Origin: Kineococcus radiotolerans SRS30216 = ATCC BAA-149
GTDB taxonomy: Bacteria; Actinomycetota; Actinomycetes; Actinomycetales; Kineococcaceae
Length of the DNA: 32,000 bases
Direction of reading: 5' to 3'
NCBI RefSeq assembly: GCF_000017305.1
Contig: NC_009664.2
Coordinates: forward strand, 4,110,001-4,142,000
The notes beneath the pieces were generated by a model. It saw nothing but the letters and a program-made list of their open reading frames with translations. It had not been told where the DNA came from and did no database searches. Below are positions 24,423 to 31,999 of this stretch, piece after piece; within the stretch, counting starts at the first letter, position 1; each line of letters starts with the position of its first letter. The position numbers were made by a program, and so were the translations under genes.

Positions 24423-25015
24423 GGGCGTCCCCCCGCGGGGTGCACGGCCCGCTGCAGGGTGCGGTAGCGGCGGAAGCCGTAGATCCCCGCGAGCGGTCCC
24501 AGGTCGCCTCCGCCGACGACGGTGAAACCCCGGCGCCGGTACAGCGCCTCGGCGCGGGGGTTGGTGTCGACGACGCTGAGCTGCACGGCCCGCTCGCCGC
24601 GCCGGGCCGCGAGGTCGGCGGCGGCGGTCAGCAGCGCCGAGCCCGTCCCGGCCCCGCGCCGGTCCGCCGCGACGCACAGCCCGTCCAGGACGAGGACGCC
24701 GGGGACGGGCCCGCGGTGCAGGGGGGCGAGGACCGCGGTGGCCCGGAGCGCCGCGGTCCACCCCAGCCTCGACCGCGTCGCCCGCCACGTCTGGTCCACC
24801 GCACCGCCGTCGGCGGTGCGGAACCCGCAGACGCCCAGCACCTCGGTCCCGCGGCGGGCGACGAGGAAGCGGTCGGCGCTCAGGCTCGCGGTGATCTCGG
24901 CGCGACCGGTGGCCTCGTCGCCGAAGGCGGGCGAGAGCTCGGCCGCGAACGCCTCCCAGTACAGCGCCCCGACCCGCGCCCGCTCCGCGCTGCTGAAACC
25001 CCGTCCGATCTCCAC
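24419..25015 (-). CDS. GNAT family N-acetyltransferase
   Basis: GALYWEAFAAELSPAFG...VLVLDGLCVAADRRGAGTGSALLTAAADLAARRGERAVQLSVVDTNPRAEALYRRRGF is the Q/RxxGxG/A acetyl-CoA motif. GATAGT plus 6 nt precedes the GTG at 25015. The tracked 500-aa ORF is an artefactual extension. Confidence 0.8.
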   Translation of the reverse strand: MEIGRGFSSAERARVGALYWEAFAAELSPAFGDEATGRAEITASLSADRFLVARRGTEVLGVCGFRTADGGAVDQTWRATRSRLGWTAALRATAVLAPLHRGPVPGVLVLDGLCVAADRRGAGTGSALLTAAADLAARRGERAVQLSVVDTNPRAEALYRRRGFTVVGGGDLGPLAGIYGFRRYRTLQRAVHPAGGRP

Positions 25016-25042
25016 GCCCCGACTATCGCATATTCTACGAAC
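25016..25042. promoter_or_regulatory. 27-bp back-to-back leaderless promoter region
   Basis: Plus strand: TATTCT (25031..25036), 6 nt, then the GTG at 25043. Minus strand: GATAGT (25027..25022), 6 nt, then the GTG at 25015. A TAGAAT hexamer is also present on the minus strand. Confidence 0.5.
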
Positions 25043-26050
25043 GTGAAGAAGACGATAGTTTGGGTCCTCGCCGCCTCGACCGTCCTCGTCCTCGCCCTGG
25101 GCCTGCTGCTGCTGGTCGGCCACGACCACCGCTTCGCGGAGGAACGGGTGAGCGTCCCCGTGCCGGGAGGGACGCTGGACGCGGCCCTGGCCCGTCCGCC
25201 GGGCACCGCGCGGGGCCTGGTGGTGTTCGTGCACGGCGACGGCCCCGTCGAGGCCACGCACGAGGGCCTGTACCGGCCGTGGTTCGAAGCCGCCGCCGAC
25301 GCCGGGTTCGCGTCGCTGTCCTGGAGCAAACCCGGCGTGGGCCGCTCCAGCGGCGACTGGCTGGACCAGACCATGGACGACCGCGCCGCCGAGGTGGGGC
25401 ACGTCCTCGACTGGGCCGCGACCCGGCCGGACCTCCCCACGGGCACCGTCGTCCTGTGGGGAGCCAGCCAGGCCGGGTGGGTGCTGCCGAAGGTCGTGCG
25501 CTCCCGCGCCGACGTCGACGCCGTCGTGGCGGTCAGCCCGGCGGTGAACTGGCTGCGGCAGGGCCGGTTCAACCTCCTCGCCGAACTCGACCACGAGGGC
25601 GCCGACGCCACCACCCGGCGGGAGGCGATCGCGGCCAGCGACCGCACCCGCGCCCTGCTGGACGCCGGCGCCGACCACGCCCGCCACCTCGCGGCGACGC
25701 CCCCCGGGGCGGACCCGGTGGGCGCCGACCGCTGGGGCTTCGTCCTGCGCAACTTCCGCGCCGACGCGACGGCGGACCTGCAGGCCTCGGCCGCCCGGCA
25801 CGTCCCCGTCCTGCTGGCCCTGGGGACGCGGGACCGCAACGTCGACGTCGCCGAGACCGAGGCCACCTACCGGCGGATCCTCGGCGAGGACGTCATCGTG
25901 GCCCGCTTCGACGCCGCGCACTCGATGGCCCGCCCCGTCGTGGAGGACTCCGACGCCGTCGGCCTGCTCACCGCCGTCCTCTGGCCGCGGGCGCTGCTGG
26001 CGCCCGGGGTCCTCAGCACCTTCCGCGACTTCCTCCGCGCGCTGCCCTGA
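25043..26050 (+). CDS. membrane-anchored alpha/beta hydrolase
   Basis: The N-terminal anchor reads VKKTIVWVLAASTVLVLALGLLLLVG. LVVFVHGDGP and a nucleophile elbow VLWGASQAGW (GxSxG) follow, and a C-terminal His lies in FDAAHSM. Confidence 0.75.
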   Translation: MKKTIVWVLAASTVLVLALGLLLLVGHDHRFAEERVSVPVPGGTLDAALARPPGTARGLVVFVHGDGPVEATHEGLYRPWFEAAADAGFASLSWSKPGVGRSSGDWLDQTMDDRAAEVGHVLDWAATRPDLPTGTVVLWGASQAGWVLPKVVRSRADVDAVVAVSPAVNWLRQGRFNLLAELDHEGADATTRREAIAASDRTRALLDAGADHARHLAATPPGADPVGADRWGFVLRNFRADATADLQASAARHVPVLLALGTRDRNVDVAETEATYRRILGEDVIVARFDAAHSMARPVVEDSDAVGLLTAVLWPRALLAPGVLSTFRDFLRALP

Positions 26051-26054
26051 GCCC

Positions 26055-26093
26055 CCCGCGCCGACGACGCGGGCGGGGACGGCGGACGTCCCC
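26055..26093 (+). terminator. two tandem GC hairpins after the hydrolase gene
   Basis: cccgcg-N7-cgcggg (26055..26073) and ggggacg-N5-cgtcccc (26075..26093). Confidence 0.45.
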
Positions 26094-26182
26094 GCGACCC
26101 CCGTGCGGGACGGGCCCCCTGTGCTCTACTGGCTCCGCCCCGCGGGTGACCGGCCCGGGGCTGACCGACCCGAGGCGGTGCA

Positions 26183-26869
26183 GTGGACGCACGAGCGCTG
26201 GTGCTGGTGGGGCGCGGCCGCTACCAGGACCGTTGGCACGACGACGCGGCGACCGGGCACGTCGTCGCGGGCGCGCTGTCGGACCTGGGCCTGCGGACGC
26301 AGGTGCGGGGGACCGCCCCGACCGCCCTCGACGACGGCGAGGGGTTCTCCCTGCTCGTCGTCGTCGCCGGGACGGGCCGCGCCGACGCCGACTGGGACGG
26401 CCCCGACGCCGCCTGGGCGCCCTTCCACGACCGGCTGACCGCGCTGGTGACCGGGGGCGACCTCGCCCTCCTGGCCCTGCACCAGGCCGCCGGCACGTTC
26501 ACCGACGCGCCGCGCTGGTCCGCGCTGATCGGCGGGCGGTGGGTGCCGGAGGTGTCCACGCACCCGCCGATCGGCCCGGCCGCCTTCCACCCCGTCGCGG
26601 GGGAGGACCACCCGGTCGTGGCCGGTCTCGCCGCGGTGGAGGCCTTCGACGAGCGGTACTGCCGGCTGCAGCCCGAGCCGGACGCGCGGATCCTGCTCAC
26701 CACGGAGCACGACGGCGTCCGGCACCCGGTCGGGTGGCAGGCCGGCGGCCCCGGGCGCGTCCTGTACGACGGCCTCGGCCACGACGTCCGCTCGTACGAG
26801 AGCGCCTCGCGCCGGGACCTGCTGCGGCGCGAGGTGACCTGGCTGCTCGGGGAACACGGCCGGGCCTGA
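26183..26869 (+). CDS. ThuA-like (class I glutamine-amidotransferase-fold) domain protein
   Basis: ALVLVGRGRYQDRWHD...LLVVVAG...FHPVAGEDHPVVAGLAAVEAFDERY...VGWQAGGPGRVLYDGLGHDVRSYESASRRDLLRREVTWLLG resembles ThuA-domain proteins. SD gagg lies 8 nt before the GTG. Confidence 0.6.
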   Translation: MDARALVLVGRGRYQDRWHDDAATGHVVAGALSDLGLRTQVRGTAPTALDDGEGFSLLVVVAGTGRADADWDGPDAAWAPFHDRLTALVTGGDLALLALHQAAGTFTDAPRWSALIGGRWVPEVSTHPPIGPAAFHPVAGEDHPVVAGLAAVEAFDERYCRLQPEPDARILLTTEHDGVRHPVGWQAGGPGRVLYDGLGHDVRSYESASRRDLLRREVTWLLGEHGRA

Positions 26870-26913
26870 CCCAGCGCGGGACCCGCCGCGGGCACCTCGT
26901 CGCGACGCCCGCC

Positions 26914-28194
26914 TCAGCCGGGGACGGGGCGGGGAGCGGGGCGCGCCGCGGGCGCCGGGACGCGGCGCGCGCTCCGGCGCCGGGTCAGGCGCTGCGCGAC
27001 CAGGGCCGCGGCCGCGGCGGCCAGCAGGACCCCGCCCGCGCGCAGCACCGCGGCCGGCCGGCCCCGGTCCGGGCGCGGGACCGCGGCGGTCCACCGCGCC
27101 CCCTGCACCAGACCCGTCGCCAGCTCGAAGCGGGTCACGGCGTAGTTCCCGCCGGCGGTGGGGACGCGGGTGAACGCCCGCGCGGAGCCGGTGGCCAGTT
27201 CCACGGAGGAGACGGTGAAGTCGGTGGAGGTGGCGCTGCTGCTGGCCCCGCGGTCCTGCACCAGCACCTCCCCGGGCGAGCGCCACGCCAGCAGCGCGTC
27301 CCCCGCCACCGGGGCCGGCACCGCCACCGCCGGGTCGTCCGCCACGGGCAGGAAGACCACCTCGCCCCCTCGCTGGAGCCCCAGCAGGCGCCCGTCGGGG
27401 GAGAAGGCCGCGCCCGCGGCGAGGACGTCGCCGGCCCGCGGCGGGACGAGGGTGCGCCGGAGGGTGCCGTCGCCCGCCCGCACCTCGACCGCCCCACCGC
27501 TGCGCTGCACGGCGAGCAGCCGCCCGTCGGGGGAGAAGGCCGCCGAGACCGCGTCGTCCACGCCGGGTACGGGGCGGGCCCGCCCGCTGCCCACGTCGAG
27601 CACGAGCAGGTCCCCGGCGGGGTCGGTGGGGGAGGCGAAGGGATCGGCGGCCTCGGTGGGGGACAGGTACGCCAGGCGCCGGGCGTCCGGCGACCACGCC
27701 AGGGGCAGGACGGCGCGCGCGTCGGGCAGGGCGAGGGTGCGGACGTCCCCGGTGGCGGCGTCGACCAGGGCCACGTCCGCGCGCCCGGGCCCACCGGCGG
27801 AGGCGCCGGGGGTGCTGGTGTCCCAGTCCCCGACCGCGATGGTGGACCCGTCGCCCGACAGCGCCATCGGTGCCGCGTCGCCCTGGGTGTCGGGGGCGCC
27901 GCGGTCCAGCGCGGTGCGCGCGCGGCGGGCGCTGGCCCCGTCGGCGCCGACGGTGAGGGCCTGGGGGACGTCCATGAACTCCACGCCCAGACCCTGCTGG
28001 TAGAGGGCCAGGACCCGCCCCGGCGGCGCGGCGCCCATCGAGCGGGTGAGGTAGCTGTAGCCGGGCAGTTGCGCGGGCACGGTCGCGGGTGCGCTCACCG
28101 GTGCGGGTGCCCCGGCCGGCGCGGCCGCCCAGGCCCCACCGGCCCCCAGCACGGCCAGGGCGGTGAGCAGCGCGACGCGGTGGGAGGGCTCCAC
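26914..28194 (-). CDS. TolB/WD40-like beta-propeller repeat protein with signal peptide and C-terminal membrane anchor
   Basis: Signal peptide: VALLTALAVLGAGGAWAAAPA. Repeated blades: LSGDGSTIAV, LAWSPDARRLAYL, AAFSPDGRLLAV, AAFSPDGRLLGL. The C-terminus VLRAGGVLLAAAAAALVAQRLTRRR is a TM segment followed by a basic stop-transfer. The GTG at 28194 follows CACCCT-N6. Confidence 0.65.
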   Translation of the reverse strand: MEPSHRVALLTALAVLGAGGAWAAAPAGAPAPVSAPATVPAQLPGYSYLTRSMGAAPPGRVLALYQQGLGVEFMDVPQALTVGADGASARRARTALDRGAPDTQGDAAPMALSGDGSTIAVGDWDTSTPGASAGGPGRADVALVDAATGDVRTLALPDARAVLPLAWSPDARRLAYLSPTEAADPFASPTDPAGDLLVLDVGSGRARPVPGVDDAVSAAFSPDGRLLAVQRSGGAVEVRAGDGTLRRTLVPPRAGDVLAAGAAFSPDGRLLGLQRGGEVVFLPVADDPAVAVPAPVAGDALLAWRSPGEVLVQDRGASSSATSTDFTVSSVELATGSARAFTRVPTAGGNYAVTRFELATGLVQGARWTAAVPRPDRGRPAAVLRAGGVLLAAAAAALVAQRLTRRRSARRVPAPAARPAPRPVPG

Positions 28195-28339
28195 CCCGCC
28201 AGGGTGGCGCAGGCGGGGGGCCGTCGTCAGCGGGACGCGGGTGAACTCCCGGCGACGTCGGCGGGCGACGTGCGCGGGGAGGTCGTGATCGGGAGCTGCG
28301 CCATGATGACCCGTGGCGGTCGGAGGAGGAGGTCGGCGG

Positions 28340-29185
28340 ATGACGCCCGAGGACGCGCAGTCGCCGTTGGCTTCGGCCTGGCTGAAGTGGGCGCGCGCGG
28401 TGGAGCACGCCGACGCCCTCGCCCGGGCCACCCGCCAGTGGCAGGCGTCGGGCCCCCACCGCTACGAGCGCCGCGAGGCGCTGAGCCCGTTCTACGAGCG
28501 CCGCCTGCAGGTGGAGTGGTGGCTCCGGGTCGAGCACCCCGTCCCCCCGCGGTTGCCGGTGCTCGTCGGCGACGTGCTGACGAACCTGCGCGGGGCGCTG
28601 GACCACGCGCTGTGGGCCGCGGTGCGGGCCCACAGCGGGCGACCGGTGAAGCCGAACCGGGTGCAGTTCCCGATCGACACCTCAGAGCGCGCCTTCCGGG
28701 CCCACGCCCAGGAGCTGCAGCGGCTCGTCCGCGCGGAGGTGTGGCAGCTCGTGGAGAAGGTGCAGCCCTTCCAGCTCGGCGAGGACGCCACCGCCCACCC
28801 GCTGGAACGGTTGCGGTGGCTCTCCGACGTGGACCGGCACCGCCTCGCGCCCGTGGTGGAGATGATGTCGACGCCCCTGGGGCCCGCGGACGTCACCGCC
28901 GAACCGCCCGTGCAGGTGCTGTCGCAGTGGCGCACGGCGGGACCGGTGCGCGACGGCGACGTCCTCCTCCAGCTCGTCCTGCGCCGCCCCGACGACTCGA
29001 CCGAGGTCGTGCTGCGTCCCACGTTCGCCGTCGTCCCCTCGCTCCAGGTCCACGACGAACCCGAGGAGTTCACGCCCCTGGCCACCGCGTTGGAGGCGCC
29101 GAAGGACTGGGTGCTGAGCGTGCTCGGCCGGTTCAGCAGCATCATGGGCCTTCCCCACCCCGACCCCGCGAGCCTGGAACCCTGA
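28340..29185 (+). CDS. orphan hypothetical protein (281 aa) with an R-x4-H signature
   Basis: A strong SD ggaggaggagg precedes the ATG at 28340, and the frame has high GC3. Motifs read directly: VGDVLTNLRGALDHALWAAV, VQFPI, VQPFQLGEDATAHPLERLRWLSDVDRHRL. I can name no recognisable enzyme family. Confidence 0.6.
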   Translation: MTPEDAQSPLASAWLKWARAVEHADALARATRQWQASGPHRYERREALSPFYERRLQVEWWLRVEHPVPPRLPVLVGDVLTNLRGALDHALWAAVRAHSGRPVKPNRVQFPIDTSERAFRAHAQELQRLVRAEVWQLVEKVQPFQLGEDATAHPLERLRWLSDVDRHRLAPVVEMMSTPLGPADVTAEPPVQVLSQWRTAGPVRDGDVLLQLVLRRPDDSTEVVLRPTFAVVPSLQVHDEPEEFTPLATALEAPKDWVLSVLGRFSSIMGLPHPDPASLEP

Positions 29186-29206
29186 ACGGAACCTCCCCGA
29201 CGCGCC

Positions 29207-30172
29207 TCAGCGCCGGCGCGCGCCGTCCACGAGGTCGATCGCCGCCGACCGCCACCGGGGGTGGGTGAAGGTGAACCCCGCCTCCAGCAGGCGGGCGGGG
29301 ACGACCCGGCGGCTCTTCAGCAGTAGTTCGGTGTCGGTGCGCAGGACCAGGGCCCCCACCTCGGCCATGAGCCGCGTGGCGGGCAGGCCGGGACGTCCTC
29401 CCCAGGCGTGGCGCAGCGAACGCATGAGTTCCCCCTGGGGGACGGGACCGGGGGCGGCCAGGTTGACGGGTCCCTCCAGGTCGTCGCGCTCGAGGAGGAA
29501 CTGCACCGCGCGCACGAAGTCCTCCCCGTGGATCCAGGAGACGTGCTGCCGCCCGCCCGCGACCGGCCCACCGAGGCCCAGGCGCGCCATCCACGACAGG
29601 TAGTCGAAGATCCCGCCGCGGTCGGGGGTCATGACCATCGCCGTGCGCAGCGCGACCCGGCGGGTGGCCGGGGTGGCGGCCTCGGCCTGGGCCTGTTCCC
29701 AGCGGCGGGCGATGCGCACGCTGTACTCCCAGTACAGCGGGACGTCGGGTTCCTCCCCGCCGATGACCCCGCCCACCTCGTCGTGGGGCCGGTCGTCACC
29801 GCGGCTGCGGGCGTCGGCGTAGATGGTGGCGGTGCTCATCTGCAGCCACACCCGCGGCGGGTCCGAGGCGCGGCTGATCGCCTCGCCCACGGCACGGGTG
29901 GAGTCGACGCGGGAGTCCATCATCTGGCGCAGGTTGGCGTCGGTGTAGCGGCAGCTCACGCTGCGCCCGGCGAGGTTGACGACGGCGTCGGCGCCGTCGA
30001 CCTCGTCCGCCCAGGCGCCCTGCGTCCGCCCGTCCCACACCACGTGCCGGATGCCGGGCTCCAGCGCCTCCGGGCGCCGGCTCACCACGACGACCTCGTC
30101 ACCGCGGGCGGCCAGCGCCCGCCGCAGCACACCGCCGACCTGGCCCGTTCCCCCCGGGATCACGATCTTCAC
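29207..30172 (-). CDS. YfcH-like (TIGR01777, DUF1731-containing) NAD-dependent epimerase/dehydratase family protein
   Basis: MKIVIPGGTGQVGGVLRRALAARGDEVVVVSRRP (GxxGxxG Rossmann) ...AVVNLAG...VSWIHGEDFVRAVQFLLE...VNLAAPGPVPQGELMRSL...RVVPARLLEAGFTFTHP. TAGGCT (30184..30179) plus 6 nt precedes the GTG at 30172. Confidence 0.85.
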   Translation of the reverse strand: MKIVIPGGTGQVGGVLRRALAARGDEVVVVSRRPEALEPGIRHVVWDGRTQGAWADEVDGADAVVNLAGRSVSCRYTDANLRQMMDSRVDSTRAVGEAISRASDPPRVWLQMSTATIYADARSRGDDRPHDEVGGVIGGEEPDVPLYWEYSVRIARRWEQAQAEAATPATRRVALRTAMVMTPDRGGIFDYLSWMARLGLGGPVAGGRQHVSWIHGEDFVRAVQFLLERDDLEGPVNLAAPGPVPQGELMRSLRHAWGGRPGLPATRLMAEVGALVLRTDTELLLKSRRVVPARLLEAGFTFTHPRWRSAAIDLVDGARRR

Positions 30173-30280
30173 GGGGTGAGCCTAGGACCGTCCGCCCGCG
30201 CGCGGAGCGCGACGGCCGCGGCGGGCCGGGCGAGGACCGGTCGGTGGCGGGGCGTGTTCCCGCCCGGTTAGCGTCGGTGC

Positions 30281-30955
30281 GTGGAGCTCAGCCCCGTCCC
30301 CTCCGGAGCCGACGTCGCACCCGATCTGGTGGGCCCGGTCGCGCACCCCGGCGGGCACCCCGGCGGGCCCCGCCGCGAGGCCCTGGCCCGGCTGGTCTCG
30401 GAGGTCACCTCCCCTCCGCGCGTCATGGCCCTGGTGCAGACCCTCGTCGCCTTCGACTCCTGCACCACCACGCGCCGGGCGGTCGGGCTGTCGGCCTGGA
30501 CGGCGGGCACGACGGCGCTGCTGCCGGACCTGTTCGTGCGGTGGGGCGCGGCGCGCGGCCACTGGAGCGACCGCGAGGTGAGCCGGCGCCACCAGCGCAC
30601 CGTCCCGATCCTGTTCGGCCTGGTCTCCTGCGCGGTGGGCCTGACCGGTCTGCACCTCCTGGACGCCCCCGACGCGATGACGGCCGCCGTGTGGGCGCCC
30701 ATCGCCGCCGTGCCCGCCTTCCTGGCCGTGAACCACTCCTGGACGAAGCTCTCCCTCCACGTCGGCTGCCTCGCCGGCGGGGTCGTCCTCACCACGGCGA
30801 CGCACGGGCCGGCGGTCCTCCTCGCGGGTGTCCCCGCCCTGGTCGCCACCGCCTGGTCGCGCCGGGAGCTGGGTCACCACACCGTCGGTCAGCTGCTCCT
30901 CGGGGGCGTGATCGGCGCCGGGACGACCGCCGCGGTCCACCTGGCGCTGCGCTGA
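30281..30955 (+). CDS. integral membrane protein, possibly PAP2-like phosphatase family
   Basis: About 5 hydrophobic spans. The C-terminal WSRRELGHHTVGQLLLGGVIG resembles PAP2 motif 3 (SRxxxxxHxxxQ/D). TAGCGT (30269..30274) plus 6 nt precedes the GTG at 30281. Confidence 0.5.
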   Translation: MELSPVPSGADVAPDLVGPVAHPGGHPGGPRREALARLVSEVTSPPRVMALVQTLVAFDSCTTTRRAVGLSAWTAGTTALLPDLFVRWGAARGHWSDREVSRRHQRTVPILFGLVSCAVGLTGLHLLDAPDAMTAAVWAPIAAVPAFLAVNHSWTKLSLHVGCLAGGVVLTTATHGPAVLLAGVPALVATAWSRRELGHHTVGQLLLGGVIGAGTTAAVHLALR

Positions 30956-30980
30956 GGCGGGGTCCGGGACCCCGCGCCGG

Positions 30981-31961
30981 TCAGCGGACCGCGGCGGGGG
31001 CGGCGAGCGCGGCGGCGGCCAGCCGTTCCGACAGGGAGCGGAAGGCCTCGGCGAGGGCCGGGGGGCTGACGGCGAGGACGTCGGCGTCGTGGCGGGCGAC
31101 GGCGGCGGCGAGGCCGACCCAGGACCAGGCGCCCAGGGTGAGCCGGCAGCGCTCGGGGCCGAGGGCCTCGACGGTGCCGTCGTGGGCGAACGGGGTCACC
31201 CGGGAGGCGGGGGCGGCGAGCTCGACGGTCCCGGTGCAGGGCCAGGCGCCCGTGGGGTCGGTGGAACCCCGGAAGCGGCGGTCGACGAAGGCGGCGGGGT
31301 CCCCGCCGGGCACCTCGCGCGGGGCGAACCGCGGTCCGGTCGGGGTGCGGGGGGTGAGCCGGTCGGCGCGGTAGGCGCGCCAGTCCCCCCGGTCGAGGTC
31401 GAAGCCGAGCAGGTACCACCGCCCGCGCCGGGTGATCAGGTGGTGCGGCTCGGCCCGGCGGTCGTCCCCGGCGTAGCCGAAGCGCAGGACCTCGCGGGCG
31501 CGGACCGCGGCCGCGAGGGCGGTGAGGACCGCGGGGTCGACGTCGGGGACCGCGCTCGCCGGGAGGGGGGTGAGGTGGACGGTGTCCACCCGGTGGCGCA
31601 GCCGGGTGGGCAGCACCTGGCGCACGGTGCCCAGGGCCCGGGCGGCGGCCTCCCCGATGCCGGCGCCGCTGGTGGCGGCGAGCTGCAGGGCGATGGCGAG
31701 GGCGACGGCCTGCTCGTCGTCGAACAGCAGCGGCGGCAGCGCGGTGCCCGCCTCCAGGCGGTAGCCGCCGCCGGGCCCCTTCAGCGCCCGCACGGGGTAC
31801 CCCAGCCCGCGCAGCCGGTCGACGTCGCGGCGCACGGTGCGGGGGGTGACGTCCAGCCGCTCGGCCAGGGTGGCGCCGGGCCAGTCCCGGCGGACCTGCA
31901 GCAGGGACAGCAGGGTGAGCAGCCGGGACGACGTCCCGTTCCTCTCGGTCACGTCGTTCAT
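30981..31961 (-). CDS. YafY-family HTH + WYL domain transcriptional regulator
   Basis: SRLLTLLSLLQVRRDWPGATLAERLDVTPRTVRRDVDRLRGLGYPVRALKGPGGGYRLE is a DeoR-type HTH. The WYL core follows: VLRFGYAGDDRRAEPHHLITRRGRWYLLGFDLDRGDWRAYRADRL. Confidence 0.85.
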   Translation of the reverse strand: MNDVTERNGTSSRLLTLLSLLQVRRDWPGATLAERLDVTPRTVRRDVDRLRGLGYPVRALKGPGGGYRLEAGTALPPLLFDDEQAVALAIALQLAATSGAGIGEAAARALGTVRQVLPTRLRHRVDTVHLTPLPASAVPDVDPAVLTALAAAVRAREVLRFGYAGDDRRAEPHHLITRRGRWYLLGFDLDRGDWRAYRADRLTPRTPTGPRFAPREVPGGDPAAFVDRRFRGSTDPTGAWPCTGTVELAAPASRVTPFAHDGTVEALGPERCRLTLGAWSWVGLAAAVARHDADVLAVSPPALAEAFRSLSERLAAAALAAPAAVR

Positions 31962-31966
31962 GGTGC

Positions 31967-31999
31967 CCGGAGCAGAGGACCGGAACCGTCCTCTTCCGG
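31967..31999. promoter_or_regulatory. inverted repeat immediately upstream of the WYL regulator start (operator or terminator; cut by the window edge)
   Basis: ccgga gc agaggac cggaacc gtcctct tccgg forms a 12-bp stem with a 2-nt bulge and a 7-nt loop. It begins 6 nt upstream of the ATG at 31961. Confidence 0.4.

Noticed and set aside
24419-25015. The GNAT gene plus the downstream overlapping regulator could be a GNAT-toxin / antitoxin (TacT/AtaT-like) pair.
   Set aside because: In known GNAT toxin systems the partner is a small RHH or DUF1778 antitoxin encoded upstream. Here the partner is a 263-aa PaaX-like regulator encoded downstream, and the GNAT lacks any feature I can tie to tRNA-acetylating toxins.
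25060-29268. A 1402-aa plus-strand ORF, with a matching 835-aa minus-strand ORF at 26126..28633.
   Set aside because: The composition has the same artefactual character (runs of RRRR, GRG, PRP). These ORFs overlap the hydrolase, ThuA-like, propeller and orphan genes, which have sensible sequences, start signals and high GC3 in other frames.
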